A stretch of 62,621 nucleotides of DNA, filler included, from Anaerolineae bacterium (GTDB lineage Bacteria; Chloroflexota; Anaerolineae; Epilineales; Epilineaceae): NCBI GenBank assembly GCA_029262755.1. It is 6 parts of 6 records of this genome, joined end to end, with 100 filler letters (N's around TTAATTAATTAA, not from the genome) between each part and the next. Parts side by side here need not be neighbours in the genome. Positions count along the whole stretch, not along the records: positions 1 to 2,582 come from JAJCYU010000252.1; positions 2,683 to 10,770 come from JAJCYU010000253.1; positions 10,871 to 27,272 come from JAJCYU010000254.1; 3 more parts are not named here. One strand, 5' to 3'. Shown here piece after piece: positions 1 to 12,264 of this stretch. A program made the position numbers and the translations under genes. Below the pieces are notes generated by a model. That model made no database searches. It was given only the letters and a program-made list of their open reading frames with translations, and had not been told where the DNA came from. The number at the start of each line of letters is the position of its first letter. Position 1 is the stretch's first letter.

Positions 1-1
1 G

Positions 2-2581
<2,580 letters not shown>

Positions 2582-2582
2582 G

Positions 2583-2682
2583 NNNNNNNNNNNNNNNNNN
2601 NNNNNNNNNNNNNNNNNNNNNNNNNNTTAATTAATTAANNNNNNNNNNNNNNNNNNNNNNNNNNNNNNNNNNNNNNNNNNNN
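2583..2682. other. Artificial contig linker (N44-TTAATTAATTAA-N44)
   Basis: 100-nt N run with a six-frame stop spacer; identical linkers occur at four other positions. Confidence 0.99.
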
Positions 2683-2683
2683 G

Positions 2684-4237
2684 CGCGAAGCCGCTGCGAT
2701 GGAAGCAGAGGGCGCCACGATCATCACGGTTTGTTTCGGCGGCGATTGCCCGCCCCACCTGGCCGACACCGCTTCGGCGCCCCGCTTCTACTACGAGGTC
2801 TTGACCGCCGAGGCGCTGGACGAACTGTTCGAAGAGCTGGGGCTGCGCTTCCGCCAACTCACCATTCGCTCGGCGGAGGTCATAGACGAGCTACCGGCTG
2901 ATATGCCGCTCGTACCCAGGTCCATCCTGCCCGTCGCGACCGTCTCGCCGGATCGGTCGACGCTCTCGTGGTCGCTGCCGGAAGGCACGCTGCCCTTCCG
3001 CGCCCGCATGGACTACCGCATCGCGCCGCGCCTCCTCGGCCCGTTGCAGCCGACCAACATTCGGGCGGAGGTGTCGTTTGTCGACGAGCTGGGCAGACCG
3101 GGTTCGGCGCAGTTCCCTGTGCCCCACATCACCGTCTATGAAAAGGTCGACGAAGGCCCCTGTGAAGCCCTGCTCACGCGGGAGCCGGCGCGCGCCGTCG
3201 CCGTGCTCGACAGCCTCGTCACCACGACCCTCGGCGCGCAGCTGGTCTGCCCGCCCCAAGTGCCGCGCCTGGACGTGGTGTTGGCACTGGATCGCAGCGC
3301 GTCCATGGGCGCTGCCGGTCGGCTGGACAACGCGATTGCCGCCGCGCACGGTTTCTTGGATGCCGTGGACCCCACGGAGACCCAGGTCGGCTTGGTGGCA
3401 TTCAACGAAGGCGTGACGCACCGTCTGGCGCTCGATTCGGACTTTTCAACCGTCCACGAGACGCTGGACCGCCTGCGCCCCTTGGGCCAAACGAGCATTA
3501 TCGGCGCGCTGACCGCCGCCGAAGAGCTGCTCGCTGCGCGGCGCCCGGACAGCGCCGCCGTGATCCTCTTGCTCACGGACGGTCGCCAGGCCGGCGGCGC
3601 GACCGGGCGCATGGTCGAGGCCGCGGATCGGATCAAGGCCGGCGATGTGCGGATCGTGACCGTGTGCGCGGGCGATTGCGATCCGGAGCTCGCCAACGTG
3701 GCCAGCGATGCCGTGTCGGCCTTCGACGTCCCGGATGCCGCCGCCCTCACCGCGCTGTTCCGCGATCTGGCCCGTGCGTTCTCCACGCCCAAACCGCGCA
3801 ACGTGCGCATCCTTGACGCCTACCCGCGCGCCATGAAGATGATCGAGATCTCCTACGCCCCCGTGCCCGACGTCTTCGTGCCGGCTCAGGCGGAATGGGA
3901 GATCGGCGCTTTGCCGGAAACGGGGGTGGCCGTGAAGGCCGCGGGGCGGCCGCAGGCTCTTGGCGAGGTGCTGGTCAGCCGCTATGCCCGCTTGGAGTAT
4001 GAGTACGGCTTCCCGGCCCGCACCGGCGCGGCCTACTTCCCCGATGCCGTGCTCGACGTCGTGACCCCACTGCCCAGCGAGACCCCAACGCCCTTGCCGA
4101 CCGCCACACCCACCGTCACCGCGACGCCCCGCGCAACGGCAACGCCCGACCCGCGAACCGGCACGCCGACGGCCAGGCCAAGCTCAACGCCGGTGGTCGG
4201 TCTCGTCTATCTGCCGCTGGTCCGCCTCGACCCGTAG
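2684..4237 (+). CDS. VWA-domain surface protein, 5' partial, with Pro/Thr linker and C-terminal VYLPLVR peptide
   Basis: MIDAS motif DRSASM, then GQT and ILLLTDG. The start (IITVCFGGDC) resembles the end of the intact VWA domain (IVTVCAGDC), so there were probably tandem VWA domains. The frame is open to the gap. Tail is TPTPLPTATPT...GLVYLPLVRLDP. Confidence 0.85.
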   Translation, partial: REAAAMEAEGATIITVCFGGDCPPHLADTASAPRFYYEVLTAEALDELFEELGLRFRQLTIRSAEVIDELPADMPLVPRSILPVATVSPDRSTLSWSLPEGTLPFRARMDYRIAPRLLGPLQPTNIRAEVSFVDELGRPGSAQFPVPHITVYEKVDEGPCEALLTREPARAVAVLDSLVTTTLGAQLVCPPQVPRLDVVLALDRSASMGAAGRLDNAIAAAHGFLDAVDPTETQVGLVAFNEGVTHRLALDSDFSTVHETLDRLRPLGQTSIIGALTAAEELLAARRPDSAAVILLLTDGRQAGGATGRMVEAADRIKAGDVRIVTVCAGDCDPELANVASDAVSAFDVPDAAALTALFRDLARAFSTPKPRNVRILDAYPRAMKMIEISYAPVPDVFVPAQAEWEIGALPETGVAVKAAGRPQALGEVLVSRYARLEYEYGFPARTGAAYFPDAVLDVVTPLPSETPTPLPTATPTVTATPRATATPDPRTGTPTARPSSTPVVGLVYLPLVRLDP

Positions 4238-4678
4238 ATGCTCTTGCGGCACGGGGTGCGACACCGATTCCTCCGCAAGCGCCTCGTACAACTCGACAAG
4301 GACGCCGCCGGAGCTCGCGGGATGGACGAAGATCAAGCGTCGACCCGAAGCATTGATGTACGGCTCGTCGCTGGTCAGCCGCATCCCGAGCTCGCGTAGC
4401 CGGAGAATGGCTGCATCGAGGTCCTCCACCTCCAGGCACAGGTGGTGGATGCCACCGCCGCGCTTCTCCAGGAAGCGCGCAACACCGCCTTCCTCGCCGA
4501 GCGGCCGGACGAGCTCCACCGCCGACTCGCCGACGCGCATGAAGGCAACCTCCACACCCTGTCCCTCCTCGATCGCCCCGTGATCGACGTGCAGGCCGAG
4601 GCCGTCACGCCAGAAGCGCAGCGCTTCGTCCATGTCCGACACGGCGACGGCGAGATGGTTGATACGGGTGATGCGCAT
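4184..4678 (-). CDS. mce: Methylmalonyl-CoA epimerase (VOC family)
   Basis: INHLAVAV, VELVRP, FLEKRGGGIHHLCLEV, FVHPASSGGVLVEL. ATG at 4678 is preceded by GGAG. The 3' end overlaps the convergent VWA gene by 54 nt. Confidence 0.88.
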   Translation of the reverse strand: MRITRINHLAVAVSDMDEALRFWRDGLGLHVDHGAIEEGQGVEVAFMRVGESAVELVRPLGEEGGVARFLEKRGGGIHHLCLEVEDLDAAILRLRELGMRLTSDEPYINASGRRLIFVHPASSGGVLVELYEALAEESVSHPVPQEHLRVEADQRQIDETDHRR

Positions 4679-4906
4679 GGCGATCTCCAGCGGGGTTCGG
4701 GGGCACGCGCGAACGATTCCGATCGAGCGCCGTGTTCCCATCGTAGCATCGGGACGGCATGAGTTTGTGCGCGCAATGGGCGAATCTCATCGACCGAGCT
4801 TTCTCAATTGTAACGTCACCGACACCTCGCGCCTCGAACTTTTACGCCACCGTCCGGGTTGGATAGGGGTGACACACCACTTCGTGTTTGCTTGGGGAGC
4901 CATACC

Positions 4907-6052
4907 ATGACGATGACAAACGATGTAGCAACCAAGATTGTCCTAAACGGCGCGGGCCCCGGTCCGGACGAGATCGCCAAACTCGCCCGGTTTCCGGCGT
5001 CCAATCCGCATCCGGTGCTGCGCGCGAGTCCGGAGGGCGCGATCCGATACGCCAACCCCGCCGGCAACGCGCTGCTGGATGCTTGGAATCTAGCGCTCGG
5101 TGACCGTCTCCCGGAGCCCTGGCCCGGCCTGATCGCGATGGCCATGGAAGGCGACGAGCTCTACCCCCACGAGACTACGATCGGCCAGCAACGGTGGTCG
5201 ATCGACTTGACGGCGGTTCCTCAAGACAGCTGCGTATACCTCTACGGGCAGGACGTGACCCAGCAATGGGAAACCGAGGCGCAGCTACGCCAATCGCAGA
5301 AGCTGGAGGCGGTCGGTCGTCTGGCGGGCGGTATCGCCCATGACTTCAACAACTGGCTGCAGGTCATCAACGGATTCTCCGACCTGCTCGTGCAGCGCCT
5401 TGAGGACGACGAGGAAGGGCGCCGATACGCTGAGCGTATTCGTGATGCCGGCAACCGCGGCGCCACCTTGGTCGCCCAACTGCTGACCTTCGGCCGGCGC
5501 CAAGAACTGCACCCGACCCTGGAACGGGTCGACGAGGTGGTGGACGAACTATCCGAATTGCTCCAACGCTTGCTCGGACCGGAGGTAGCGCTAGACGTAC
5601 GCCACGAACAGCGGGCAGAGCCCGTACTGTTGGACCGCAATTTGTTCGAGCAGGCCCTGATGAATCTGGCGGTCAACGCGCGCGATGCCATGCCGCGCGG
5701 CGGGCGGCTGCGCATCGCTACCGGCAACCGCGTGTGCCTTCTCCACCCAGCGGGCATGGAAGCCTCTACGGTCGTGCGAGTTTCCGACGACGGCGCCGGC
5801 ATGGACGATACAACACGCCTGCGCATCTTCGAGCCCTTCTTCACCACAAAGCGGGCCGGCGAGGGTACGGGCCTCGGACTGTCCATGGTCGACGGTTTCG
5901 TCGCCCAGAGCGGCGGCCACATCGCGGTAGAGAGCGCCATCGGCCAGGGCACCACCTTCGAGATCGCGCTCCCCTGGCCCGAACGACGCCGCGCGGCCGG
6001 TCCAACCCCGGCAGCGCTGGCCGACCGGACCGCGCGGCGTCGCGGAGTTTGA
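4907..6052 (+). CDS. PAS-domain sensor histidine kinase (HisKA + HATPase), no receiver domain
   Basis: PAS-like RFPASNPHPVLR...YANPA; H-box GGIAHDFNN; N-box LMNLAVNARDAM; DDGAGM; FEPFFTTK; GTGLGL. GGGAG precedes ATG 4907. Confidence 0.92.
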   Translation: MTMTNDVATKIVLNGAGPGPDEIAKLARFPASNPHPVLRASPEGAIRYANPAGNALLDAWNLALGDRLPEPWPGLIAMAMEGDELYPHETTIGQQRWSIDLTAVPQDSCVYLYGQDVTQQWETEAQLRQSQKLEAVGRLAGGIAHDFNNWLQVINGFSDLLVQRLEDDEEGRRYAERIRDAGNRGATLVAQLLTFGRRQELHPTLERVDEVVDELSELLQRLLGPEVALDVRHEQRAEPVLLDRNLFEQALMNLAVNARDAMPRGGRLRIATGNRVCLLHPAGMEASTVVRVSDDGAGMDDTTRLRIFEPFFTTKRAGEGTGLGLSMVDGFVAQSGGHIAVESAIGQGTTFEIALPWPERRRAAGPTPAALADRTARRRGV

Positions 6053-6089
6053 CACGGCGGAGGGGTGGGGGGGGACGCGTAGGCTGAGG

Positions 6090-9000
6090 TCAGTTTTCGC
6101 TGCGTAACATGCCGACGACGTGGCTTGCCAGCTCGGTCCAGTCCTCGACCTCGAATGGGGTGGCCGCGATGGGTCGGTGGTTTGGGCCATCGTCCGGGTG
6201 ATCTCGGTGGGCGGGTCTTATCTCCATCCGCGATTCCAGGCGCGCGACCTCGACCGGCCAGCGAGGTGTCCCCATCGTGTCGCGCAGGGACGACGCGCGA
6301 GCGATGACCGATTCGGCGACGTCCGGCTCGCCCATCGCGTCCAGACAGTGTGCCGCCAGCTCAATCGAACGGAGTGCGGGCGGCCCCTCCTCCATCCGCA
6401 CCTGCTCGAGCAACCCCGTGCATAGTCGATCGATGGCTGCATCGAGGTCGCCTTCGGCGAGGGACAGCCCCGCCAGCGCCACGTGCACCTCGGCGCGCTC
6501 GCTTGGCCCATGGTCGCGCTCCAGGGCGTCAAGTAGCTTGGGCTTCGCGTCCCTTCGCGGGGTGGCTTCGTCGTTCTCCGACTGAATCCAGGCTCTGCGA
6601 ATCCAAACGTGAACCAACTCGTGGTTCCAGCCGGCAGCCTCGTACGCGAGGTGGCTTTCGTCCAGCAGCAGGACGGCGATCGGCAACCGGCCCGCGGCGT
6701 ATTCGAGCGCGCCGAAATTGCACAACGTGATTGCAATGTCTGCTTGCGCTTTATTTTCCCGAGCAAGGCGAAGGGCCTTTCTGTGCAACGTCCTGGATCG
6801 ATCGAGTGCTCCCCGCCAAAGGGCCAACTCCGCGAGCCCAATGTACGATGCGCACCGGGCGGGTAGGCTGTTCATGTACTCGGCGACCTGGAGCGACTCT
6901 GCCAGCCATTCCGCGGCTTCCTCGAGCTCTCCCATCCGCTGGGCAGCCCATGACAAAGAAAGGGCGGTGTTGAAGATGCTGCGGGCGGGCGCGTCTTGGT
7001 CACGCTGCATCTCCAGCGCGCGCATCGCCATCGTGCGCGCCGTCCTGTACTCACCCCTTCGCAGCGCAACAACCGAAAGAACGTCCAAGGACTCGATTCC
7101 TTCGGTCGCGTCCGGAACTTCTAGAACCAAGGCCAGCGCATCGCTCGCCGTTGCTTCCGCCGTAGCCAATGCTCCTCGCATCGCCTGCGACAGCGCGAGC
7201 CCGTTGAGCGCCGCCGCGTGATCGACGTTGTGATCCGGCAACGCCTCCCATGCGCGCGCGCTGCGTCGATATGCCTGCTCCGCATCCGCGAGGCGCCCAT
7301 GGCCATAGGCAAGCGTTCCCACGGCGTGCCAGGCTCCTGCTAGCGATGCGGATGGTTCCTCCGGCGCCTTCTCCATGCACTGCACCAACCAATGGCGTTC
7401 CCAGTCGTTCAGGCCGCGCGAGTACCAGTAGTTGCCAAGGGCGGTCGCGAGACGCAGCGCGGTCTCTGCGTCTCCCTGGTCGCTGGTCGTTTTCATCGCC
7501 GCGCGCAGGTTGCCCCGGTCCCGGTCAAGCCGCTGGACCCAAGCCACGCGCTCGTGCCCGATCAGAGCGCGGCCACCGCGCTCAGCGACACGCATGAAGT
7601 GAGCGGCGTGGCGTTTCTCCAACTCGACGCGGGATTGCCGCTCGAGATGGGCGGCGCAGTAGGCACGGATGGGTTCAAGCAGACGATAGCGAGGCAGATC
7701 GTCCGTTGGCATGTCGGCTTCGTCGACGATCATGCTGCGTTGAACCAAAGCGGCGAAGGTCGTCGTCACGTCGCCGGCGCTCGTCGGATCGACTACGGCG
7801 TCGACGGACGCTCTGTCGAAGCCGCCACGAAACACCGATAGACGGCTCAACAACCTGCGCTCCGTCGCATCGAGTAGCTGCCAGCTCCAGGCGATCGTCG
7901 CCCAAAGTGTCCGGTGTCGCTCGGGACGATCTCGGCCCCCACCGCGTAGCGTGCTAAACAGGTTGCGTAGCTGCTCAGCGATCTGCCTAGGCGATAGCAT
8001 GATTCCGCGGGCCGCGGCCAACTCGAGCGCGAGCGGAATCCCCTCAAGCTGCCGACAGATGGACAACACGGCCTCGCGCTCAACCGCCCGTAGCGAAGCC
8101 CACGATTCGATGCTTGGACACCGCGAGCAGAACAAGAAGACCGCGGGCACGCGTTCCGGGATCTCCTCATCGGCGCGGGGCAAACGCAGCGGAGCGATGG
8201 GAACCACCTGTTCCCCGGTGAGCCCTAGGGAATCACGGCTCGTCGCCAAGACCCGCAACGAGTCCCCCTGCAGACGCATTGCATGCAACAAGGTTCGCAC
8301 GCCGGCGACGACATGCTCGCAATTGTCGAGGACGAGCGTTCCCGAAAACGACGCGAGAGCGTGAAGAACCGCGTCGCGGGTGCTCAGCCCGTTCCCTGCG
8401 GAAACGGCGAGCGAATCCGCTACGGCCGACTCGACCATCGCGTCTTCCGTGATTCCGGTGAGGTCGACCCATCGAAGCTCGCGTCCCGTTCGCGCGCTCT
8501 GCGCAGCGAAGGCCGCGGCCAAGCTTGTCTTGCCCACACCACCGGTTCCCAACAATGTCACCAGCCCGCCGCTGCGAAGAGCGCGGCGAATGTCCGCCAA
8601 CTCCGCTTCTCGTCCGACCAACGGATCGGGTGGCGTCGGCGGTGGGACCGGGGCAAACGAGGGAAGGGCTTCCGCATGGAGCGAGTCGGACGGAGCAGGT
8701 TCTTCTGGACGCAACACATCCGCCGGCGCCACGGCCGAGCCCTGGCTCAGCCTCTCGAACAGCGCATGGAGTCCTGCCGAAGGCCGCGCGCCCAGCTCGG
8801 ACCGGTAGGCAACCCGACAAGCCTGCCACTGGTCTTCAAGCGCCTGTGCGCCGCTGCGCGAGGCGACCCAGAGCGTGCACCGGTGTGCCGCATCATCGCA
8901 GGGATCGAAGCGTAGTAGTCGCGCTACCGATGCCTCGATTTCTTCGACAACGCCGCGATCCATCCAGGCTTCCAGGACCCGTTGATTCACCCGCTGGAGG

Positions 9001-9521
9001 ACGGTGTCCCAGCGCAACCGATGGGGTACGATCCAAGCATCGCCCCACGAGGACAGTAGCGGCTGAGACGCGCCGGCAAGGTCCGCGGTAGCCGCCTGAA
9101 CGTGCGGCAGCATCGACAGCCCAGACCCGAACGTCGCCGAATCCCAATCCACGTCGATCGCCTGGATCCGCGCTAGATCAGTCAACCAGCCCGGTGTCGG
9201 CTTCCACCAAATGCGTTGCCGATCGGCGCACACGGCCCCATCATCGCCGCCCACCGCGCGGATTCCCTGCCGCAGCATGTACAGATGGTTGCGCAGGCTG
9301 CGGGCAGCATTCTGGCTCGAAGCCTCGGGCCACAGCTGCGTGGACATCTCTCCGCGGGATACGGGCCGTCCTCCGGCCAAGACGAGCGCCGCCCACAGCC
9401 GCTGCGATCCTCGTCGTCCAGGCATGGAGACGGCACGACCGCCCCGCGACCATTGCGGTTCGCCGAACAGCCGGCACTCGATTGTTGCGGCATCGTGCGA
9501 CCGCGCGACGGAGGAAGGCAC
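6090..9521 (-). CDS. AfsR/SARP-like STAND regulator: wHTH + BTAD + NB-ARC-type ATPase + TPR
   Basis: CRLFGEP start; QLWPE...RSLRNHLYMLR; BTAD-like DPCDDAAHR...ELGARPS; Walker A GTGGVGKT; Walker B LVLDNCEH; LEGIPLALELAAAR; C-terminal TPR-like helices. Confidence 0.9.
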   Translation of the reverse strand: MPSSVARSHDAATIECRLFGEPQWSRGGRAVSMPGRRGSQRLWAALVLAGGRPVSRGEMSTQLWPEASSQNAARSLRNHLYMLRQGIRAVGGDDGAVCADRQRIWWKPTPGWLTDLARIQAIDVDWDSATFGSGLSMLPHVQAATADLAGASQPLLSSWGDAWIVPHRLRWDTVLQRVNQRVLEAWMDRGVVEEIEASVARLLRFDPCDDAAHRCTLWVASRSGAQALEDQWQACRVAYRSELGARPSAGLHALFERLSQGSAVAPADVLRPEEPAPSDSLHAEALPSFAPVPPPTPPDPLVGREAELADIRRALRSGGLVTLLGTGGVGKTSLAAAFAAQSARTGRELRWVDLTGITEDAMVESAVADSLAVSAGNGLSTRDAVLHALASFSGTLVLDNCEHVVAGVRTLLHAMRLQGDSLRVLATSRDSLGLTGEQVVPIAPLRLPRADEEIPERVPAVFLFCSRCPSIESWASLRAVEREAVLSICRQLEGIPLALELAAARGIMLSPRQIAEQLRNLFSTLRGGGRDRPERHRTLWATIAWSWQLLDATERRLLSRLSVFRGGFDRASVDAVVDPTSAGDVTTTFAALVQRSMIVDEADMPTDDLPRYRLLEPIRAYCAAHLERQSRVELEKRHAAHFMRVAERGGRALIGHERVAWVQRLDRDRGNLRAAMKTTSDQGDAETALRLATALGNYWYSRGLNDWERHWLVQCMEKAPEEPSASLAGAWHAVGTLAYGHGRLADAEQAYRRSARAWEALPDHNVDHAAALNGLALSQAMRGALATAEATASDALALVLEVPDATEGIESLDVLSVVALRRGEYRTARTMAMRALEMQRDQDAPARSIFNTALSLSWAAQRMGELEEAAEWLAESLQVAEYMNSLPARCASYIGLAELALWRGALDRSRTLHRKALRLARENKAQADIAITLCNFGALEYAAGRLPIAVLLLDESHLAYEAAGWNHELVHVWIRRAWIQSENDEATPRRDAKPKLLDALERDHGPSERAEVHVALAGLSLAEGDLDAAIDRLCTGLLEQVRMEEGPPALRSIELAAHCLDAMGEPDVAESVIARASSLRDTMGTPRWPVEVARLESRMEIRPAHRDHPDDGPNHRPIAATPFEVEDWTELASHVVGMLRSEN

Positions 9522-9596
9522 CGTGGCATTGTAGCGCCACGGTGCCTTGAATTCTGCTCTTCGCGCGTCGAATAGCGCGAGCCTCGATCGAGCTGT

Positions 9597-10076
9597 CTAC
9601 TCCGAGGCGGAGGAACAGCAGGGGGCGACCTCAACGTCACAGTCGCACCAAGCCGTGGCATACACGGCGTTGTTGACAGGTTCCGTGCATGCACCATCTA
9701 CGACGGTGGTAATGGCGTTGCAGTTGATGTCATACAGGGTGATCCACAGTGTCTGGCTGCCGTCTACACCGGCGTCGTCGCTTCCGTTCGGCCCCGACAT
9801 CATTAGGCCCGCAACTTGGTATTTGACTAACGAGTATGAACAGGGCGGCCACGGATCGCGCGGCTGTATGGGGCGCGGCGGCGGTTCCGTCTGGCAATTG
9901 TCGAGGGTGCCGTTCACTCCGATGTGGCCCTGGACGAGGGACACCGTGTCGCTCGGCCATGGGGCCTCGAGGAGCGGCGGCGTTGAAGCCGAAACGCCGG
10001 CTCCCGTCGCCGACACGAATCCGGCGGCCATCGCCACGGTAGCCGCCGCCATGCTGATCACTTTGAACATCGACAT
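9597..10076 (-). CDS. Small secreted cysteine-rich hypothetical protein
   Basis: AGGAG upstream of ATG 10076; Ala-rich signal-peptide-like N-terminus (MSMFKVISMAAATVAMAAGFVSA); 8 Cys in the mature part, ending WCDCDVEVAPCC. Confidence 0.65.
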   Translation of the reverse strand: MSMFKVISMAAATVAMAAGFVSATGAGVSASTPPLLEAPWPSDTVSLVQGHIGVNGTLDNCQTEPPPRPIQPRDPWPPCSYSLVKYQVAGLMMSGPNGSDDAGVDGSQTLWITLYDINCNAITTVVDGACTEPVNNAVYATAWCDCDVEVAPCCSSASE

Positions 10077-10185
10077 GTTGCAATCTCCTTGCGTCACCTA
10101 TCCCTAGTACGTTCGCGCCGCTCCTTGTCATCGAAAGCGACTCCGGCAGTCTAGGCGTCTACCGTTGCATCTGCGTCTTGGCTGC

Positions 10186-10770
10186 TCATTCGGACGATTG
10201 GGACGCAGCTCGCCAAACGTCATATCGTCTTCGGAGGCCCGGCGCCTCCTCGTCCTGCTCCAACAACATACCAAGCCAGGCCCTCGTCAAGGACAACATT
10301 GCGTAGCGAAAGGGACGCCCCGGGGTCACGACCAGCCACGATTTGCGCGCCAAGCGCGCGACGAAGTCCAGTATATCGGCCGGAGGCACGCGGTCGCTGT
10401 CGGCGTCGTCACGCGCCTCGCGCGGGATCGGCGGGACATCGGCGAGGTCGTGATCGGCGCACACGGCTTCGACTCCGTCCAGGTCGACCGGTTCCTCGAA
10501 GACCGCGAGCCGGCGGAGCAGCGTCTGCTCGGCCGCGCTGAGAAGCGCCCAGCCGCGTTCCAGCGTATCGGCTATCGACGATGCATTGTCGTTGTCGCGA
10601 CCTGGTGACGGCGCGGGCGTCGCATCGAGAAGCGCTTGAAGATCGCCCTGCACAGCCTGGCGCGCGTTCCCGAACCCATCGCGCGCAACGAGCTCGCCGG
10701 ATCGCACGATCGCCAGCGGTATGCCGTCCATCCCGGCCGCCCAGCGTGCGGCTTCCGCACGTTCGACGGG
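10186..10770 (-). CDS. STAND ATPase C-terminal part (GxP helical and winged-helix region), 5' partial, no TPR tail
   Basis: MDGIPLAI, TLERGWALLSAAEQTLLRRLAVF, VEAVC and LARKSWL parallel the same segments of the 6090-9521 and 34208-38278 proteins. The frame is open to the gap. Confidence 0.75.
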   Translation of the reverse strand, partial: PVERAEAARWAAGMDGIPLAIVRSGELVARDGFGNARQAVQGDLQALLDATPAPSPGRDNDNASSIADTLERGWALLSAAEQTLLRRLAVFEEPVDLDGVEAVCADHDLADVPPIPREARDDADSDRVPPADILDFVARLARKSWLVVTPGRPFRYAMLSLTRAWLGMLLEQDEEAPGLRRRYDVWRAASQSSE

Positions 10771-10870
10771 NNNNNNNNNNNNNNNNNNNNNNNNNNNNNN
10801 NNNNNNNNNNNNNNTTAATTAATTAANNNNNNNNNNNNNNNNNNNNNNNNNNNNNNNNNNNNNNNNNNNN
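10771..10870. other. Artificial contig linker
   Basis: N run with TTAATTAATTAA. Confidence 0.99.
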
Positions 10871-10872
10871 CG

Positions 10873-11445
10873 TCGATGGCGACTTCGACGACTTCGGCGG
10901 CGGCGGCGGCCCCGAAGGCCGCGACCGCGACGTCCGATCTCCGCGCGCTCATCACGGCGCGCAAGGCCGATATGGCGCGCTTCGCCCAGCTCGCGCCGCC
11001 GCGCGTGATCACGAGCGACGGCGAGACGCCGCTCGCCCGCGTAGACCGCGGCGACGCGCCGCCGGGCGCGTTGATCGGCAGCCCGGCTTCTGCGGGCTGG
11101 GTCGAGGGTCGGGCCCGCGTCGTGCGCGATCCGAGCACGGACCTGCTTGCGCCCGGCGAGATCCTCGTCGCGCCCTTCACCGACCCCGGCTGGACGCCCT
11201 TGTTCCTAAACGCCGCGGCGCTCGTGATGGAGGTCGGCGGTCTGATGACCCACGGCTCGGTCGTGGCGCGCGAATACGGCATCCCGGCCGTCGTCGGCGT
11301 CGACGACGCGACGACCGCAATCCGCACCGGCCAACGAATCCGCGTCGACGGCGAGCGCGGATGGGTCGAGATCATCAGCGAGGAGGGCGGGGCGGCGGAG
11401 AGCGGCACTGCCGAGAGCGAAGCTGTGGAAGGCGGCGCGATCTAA
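10873..11445 (+). CDS. C-terminal PEP-utilising swivelling His domain (PEP synthase / rifampin phosphotransferase-like), 5' partial
   Basis: GEILVAPFTDPGWTPLF...EVGGLMTHGSVVAREYGIPAVVG. A C-terminal His domain matches the rifampin phosphotransferase-like domain order. Confidence 0.85.
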   Translation, partial: SMATSTTSAAAAAPKAATATSDLRALITARKADMARFAQLAPPRVITSDGETPLARVDRGDAPPGALIGSPASAGWVEGRARVVRDPSTDLLAPGEILVAPFTDPGWTPLFLNAAALVMEVGGLMTHGSVVAREYGIPAVVGVDDATTAIRTGQRIRVDGERGWVEIISEEGGAAESGTAESEAVEGGAI

Positions 11446-11567
11446 GCTCGTCGCCCATGATCTCGCGTCACCGATCTTTGAGATGACGTAGCGCCACGTG
11501 GGCCAATCCGAACGGAAGCCCAGCCGGCGGCGGATGGCACGACCGAGTCCCATCGTCCTCTGCCCCC

Positions 11568-12149
11568 TCAGCGCACCTTGGCGTAGCACACGACGTCGCG
11601 CGGTTCGTCCGAAACGTTCGGGTGCGCCGCCCAGCGCTGGAGGATGCCCTCGCGTTGCATGCCGATGCGCTCCATAACGCGCCACGAGCGCTCGTTGTCG
11701 ACGTCCGCAACGCACCATACGCGGAAAATATCCGGTAGGGACAGCAGGGCATCAGTCAGCGCGCCGGCGGCTTCGGTCATGTAGCCGAGGCCCTGTGCAG
11801 ACGGGGCGAGGAGGTAGCCGAGGCTCGCTCGGTGCGCGGGGAAGCCCTGGAAGCGGGCGTTTACCAAACCGAGCGGTGCATTGGTTGCCCGGTCGTCGAC
11901 GATGTAGAGCCGGTGCTCCGCCGGGTCGATGCTCCAGTCCGCGATCGCCATGCGGAGGAACACCTCGGTCTCCCGGATGTCGCGATGGGGTCGCCATGTG
12001 ACCCAGCGCGCGACATCCGGGTCCTTGGCGAAGGCAGAGTAGGCCCAGCCCGCATCGTCGGCGCGGGGTAGGCGCAGTCGCAGCCGCGGTGTATCAATCG
12101 ACTCCGGCAGCCGCGGCATGGTGCGCGAGCCGGCGAGCTCGGTCTGCAT
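11568..12149 (-). CDS. GNAT N-acetyltransferase, RimJ/RimL family
   Basis: IDTPRLRLR, LGYLLAPSAQGLGYMTEA, DNERSWRVMERIGMQREG. GAGGA precedes ATG 12149. Confidence 0.9.
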   Translation of the reverse strand: MQTELAGSRTMPRLPESIDTPRLRLRLPRADDAGWAYSAFAKDPDVARWVTWRPHRDIRETEVFLRMAIADWSIDPAEHRLYIVDDRATNAPLGLVNARFQGFPAHRASLGYLLAPSAQGLGYMTEAAGALTDALLSLPDIFRVWCVADVDNERSWRVMERIGMQREGILQRWAAHPNVSDEPRDVVCYAKVR

Positions 12150-12264
12150 CACACGTCCTCATTGCACATTCGATGGACCGGTTCATCGGGCTCCGGGCTC
12201 CCATCGTGCCACGGGTGGGGGCGCGCCGCCATGCCTGCCGGGCGGGTGGTCCGAAGCGGAGCGA

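Noticed and set aside
2627..2638. Recurring palindrome TTAATTAATTAA (five copies)
   Set aside because: Always centred in a 100-nt N run; an assembly spacer, not biology.
4205..4237. YLP peptide as a sortase LPXTG signal
   Set aside because: No TG, no following TM helix or basic tail, and the motif also occurs internally and N-terminally.
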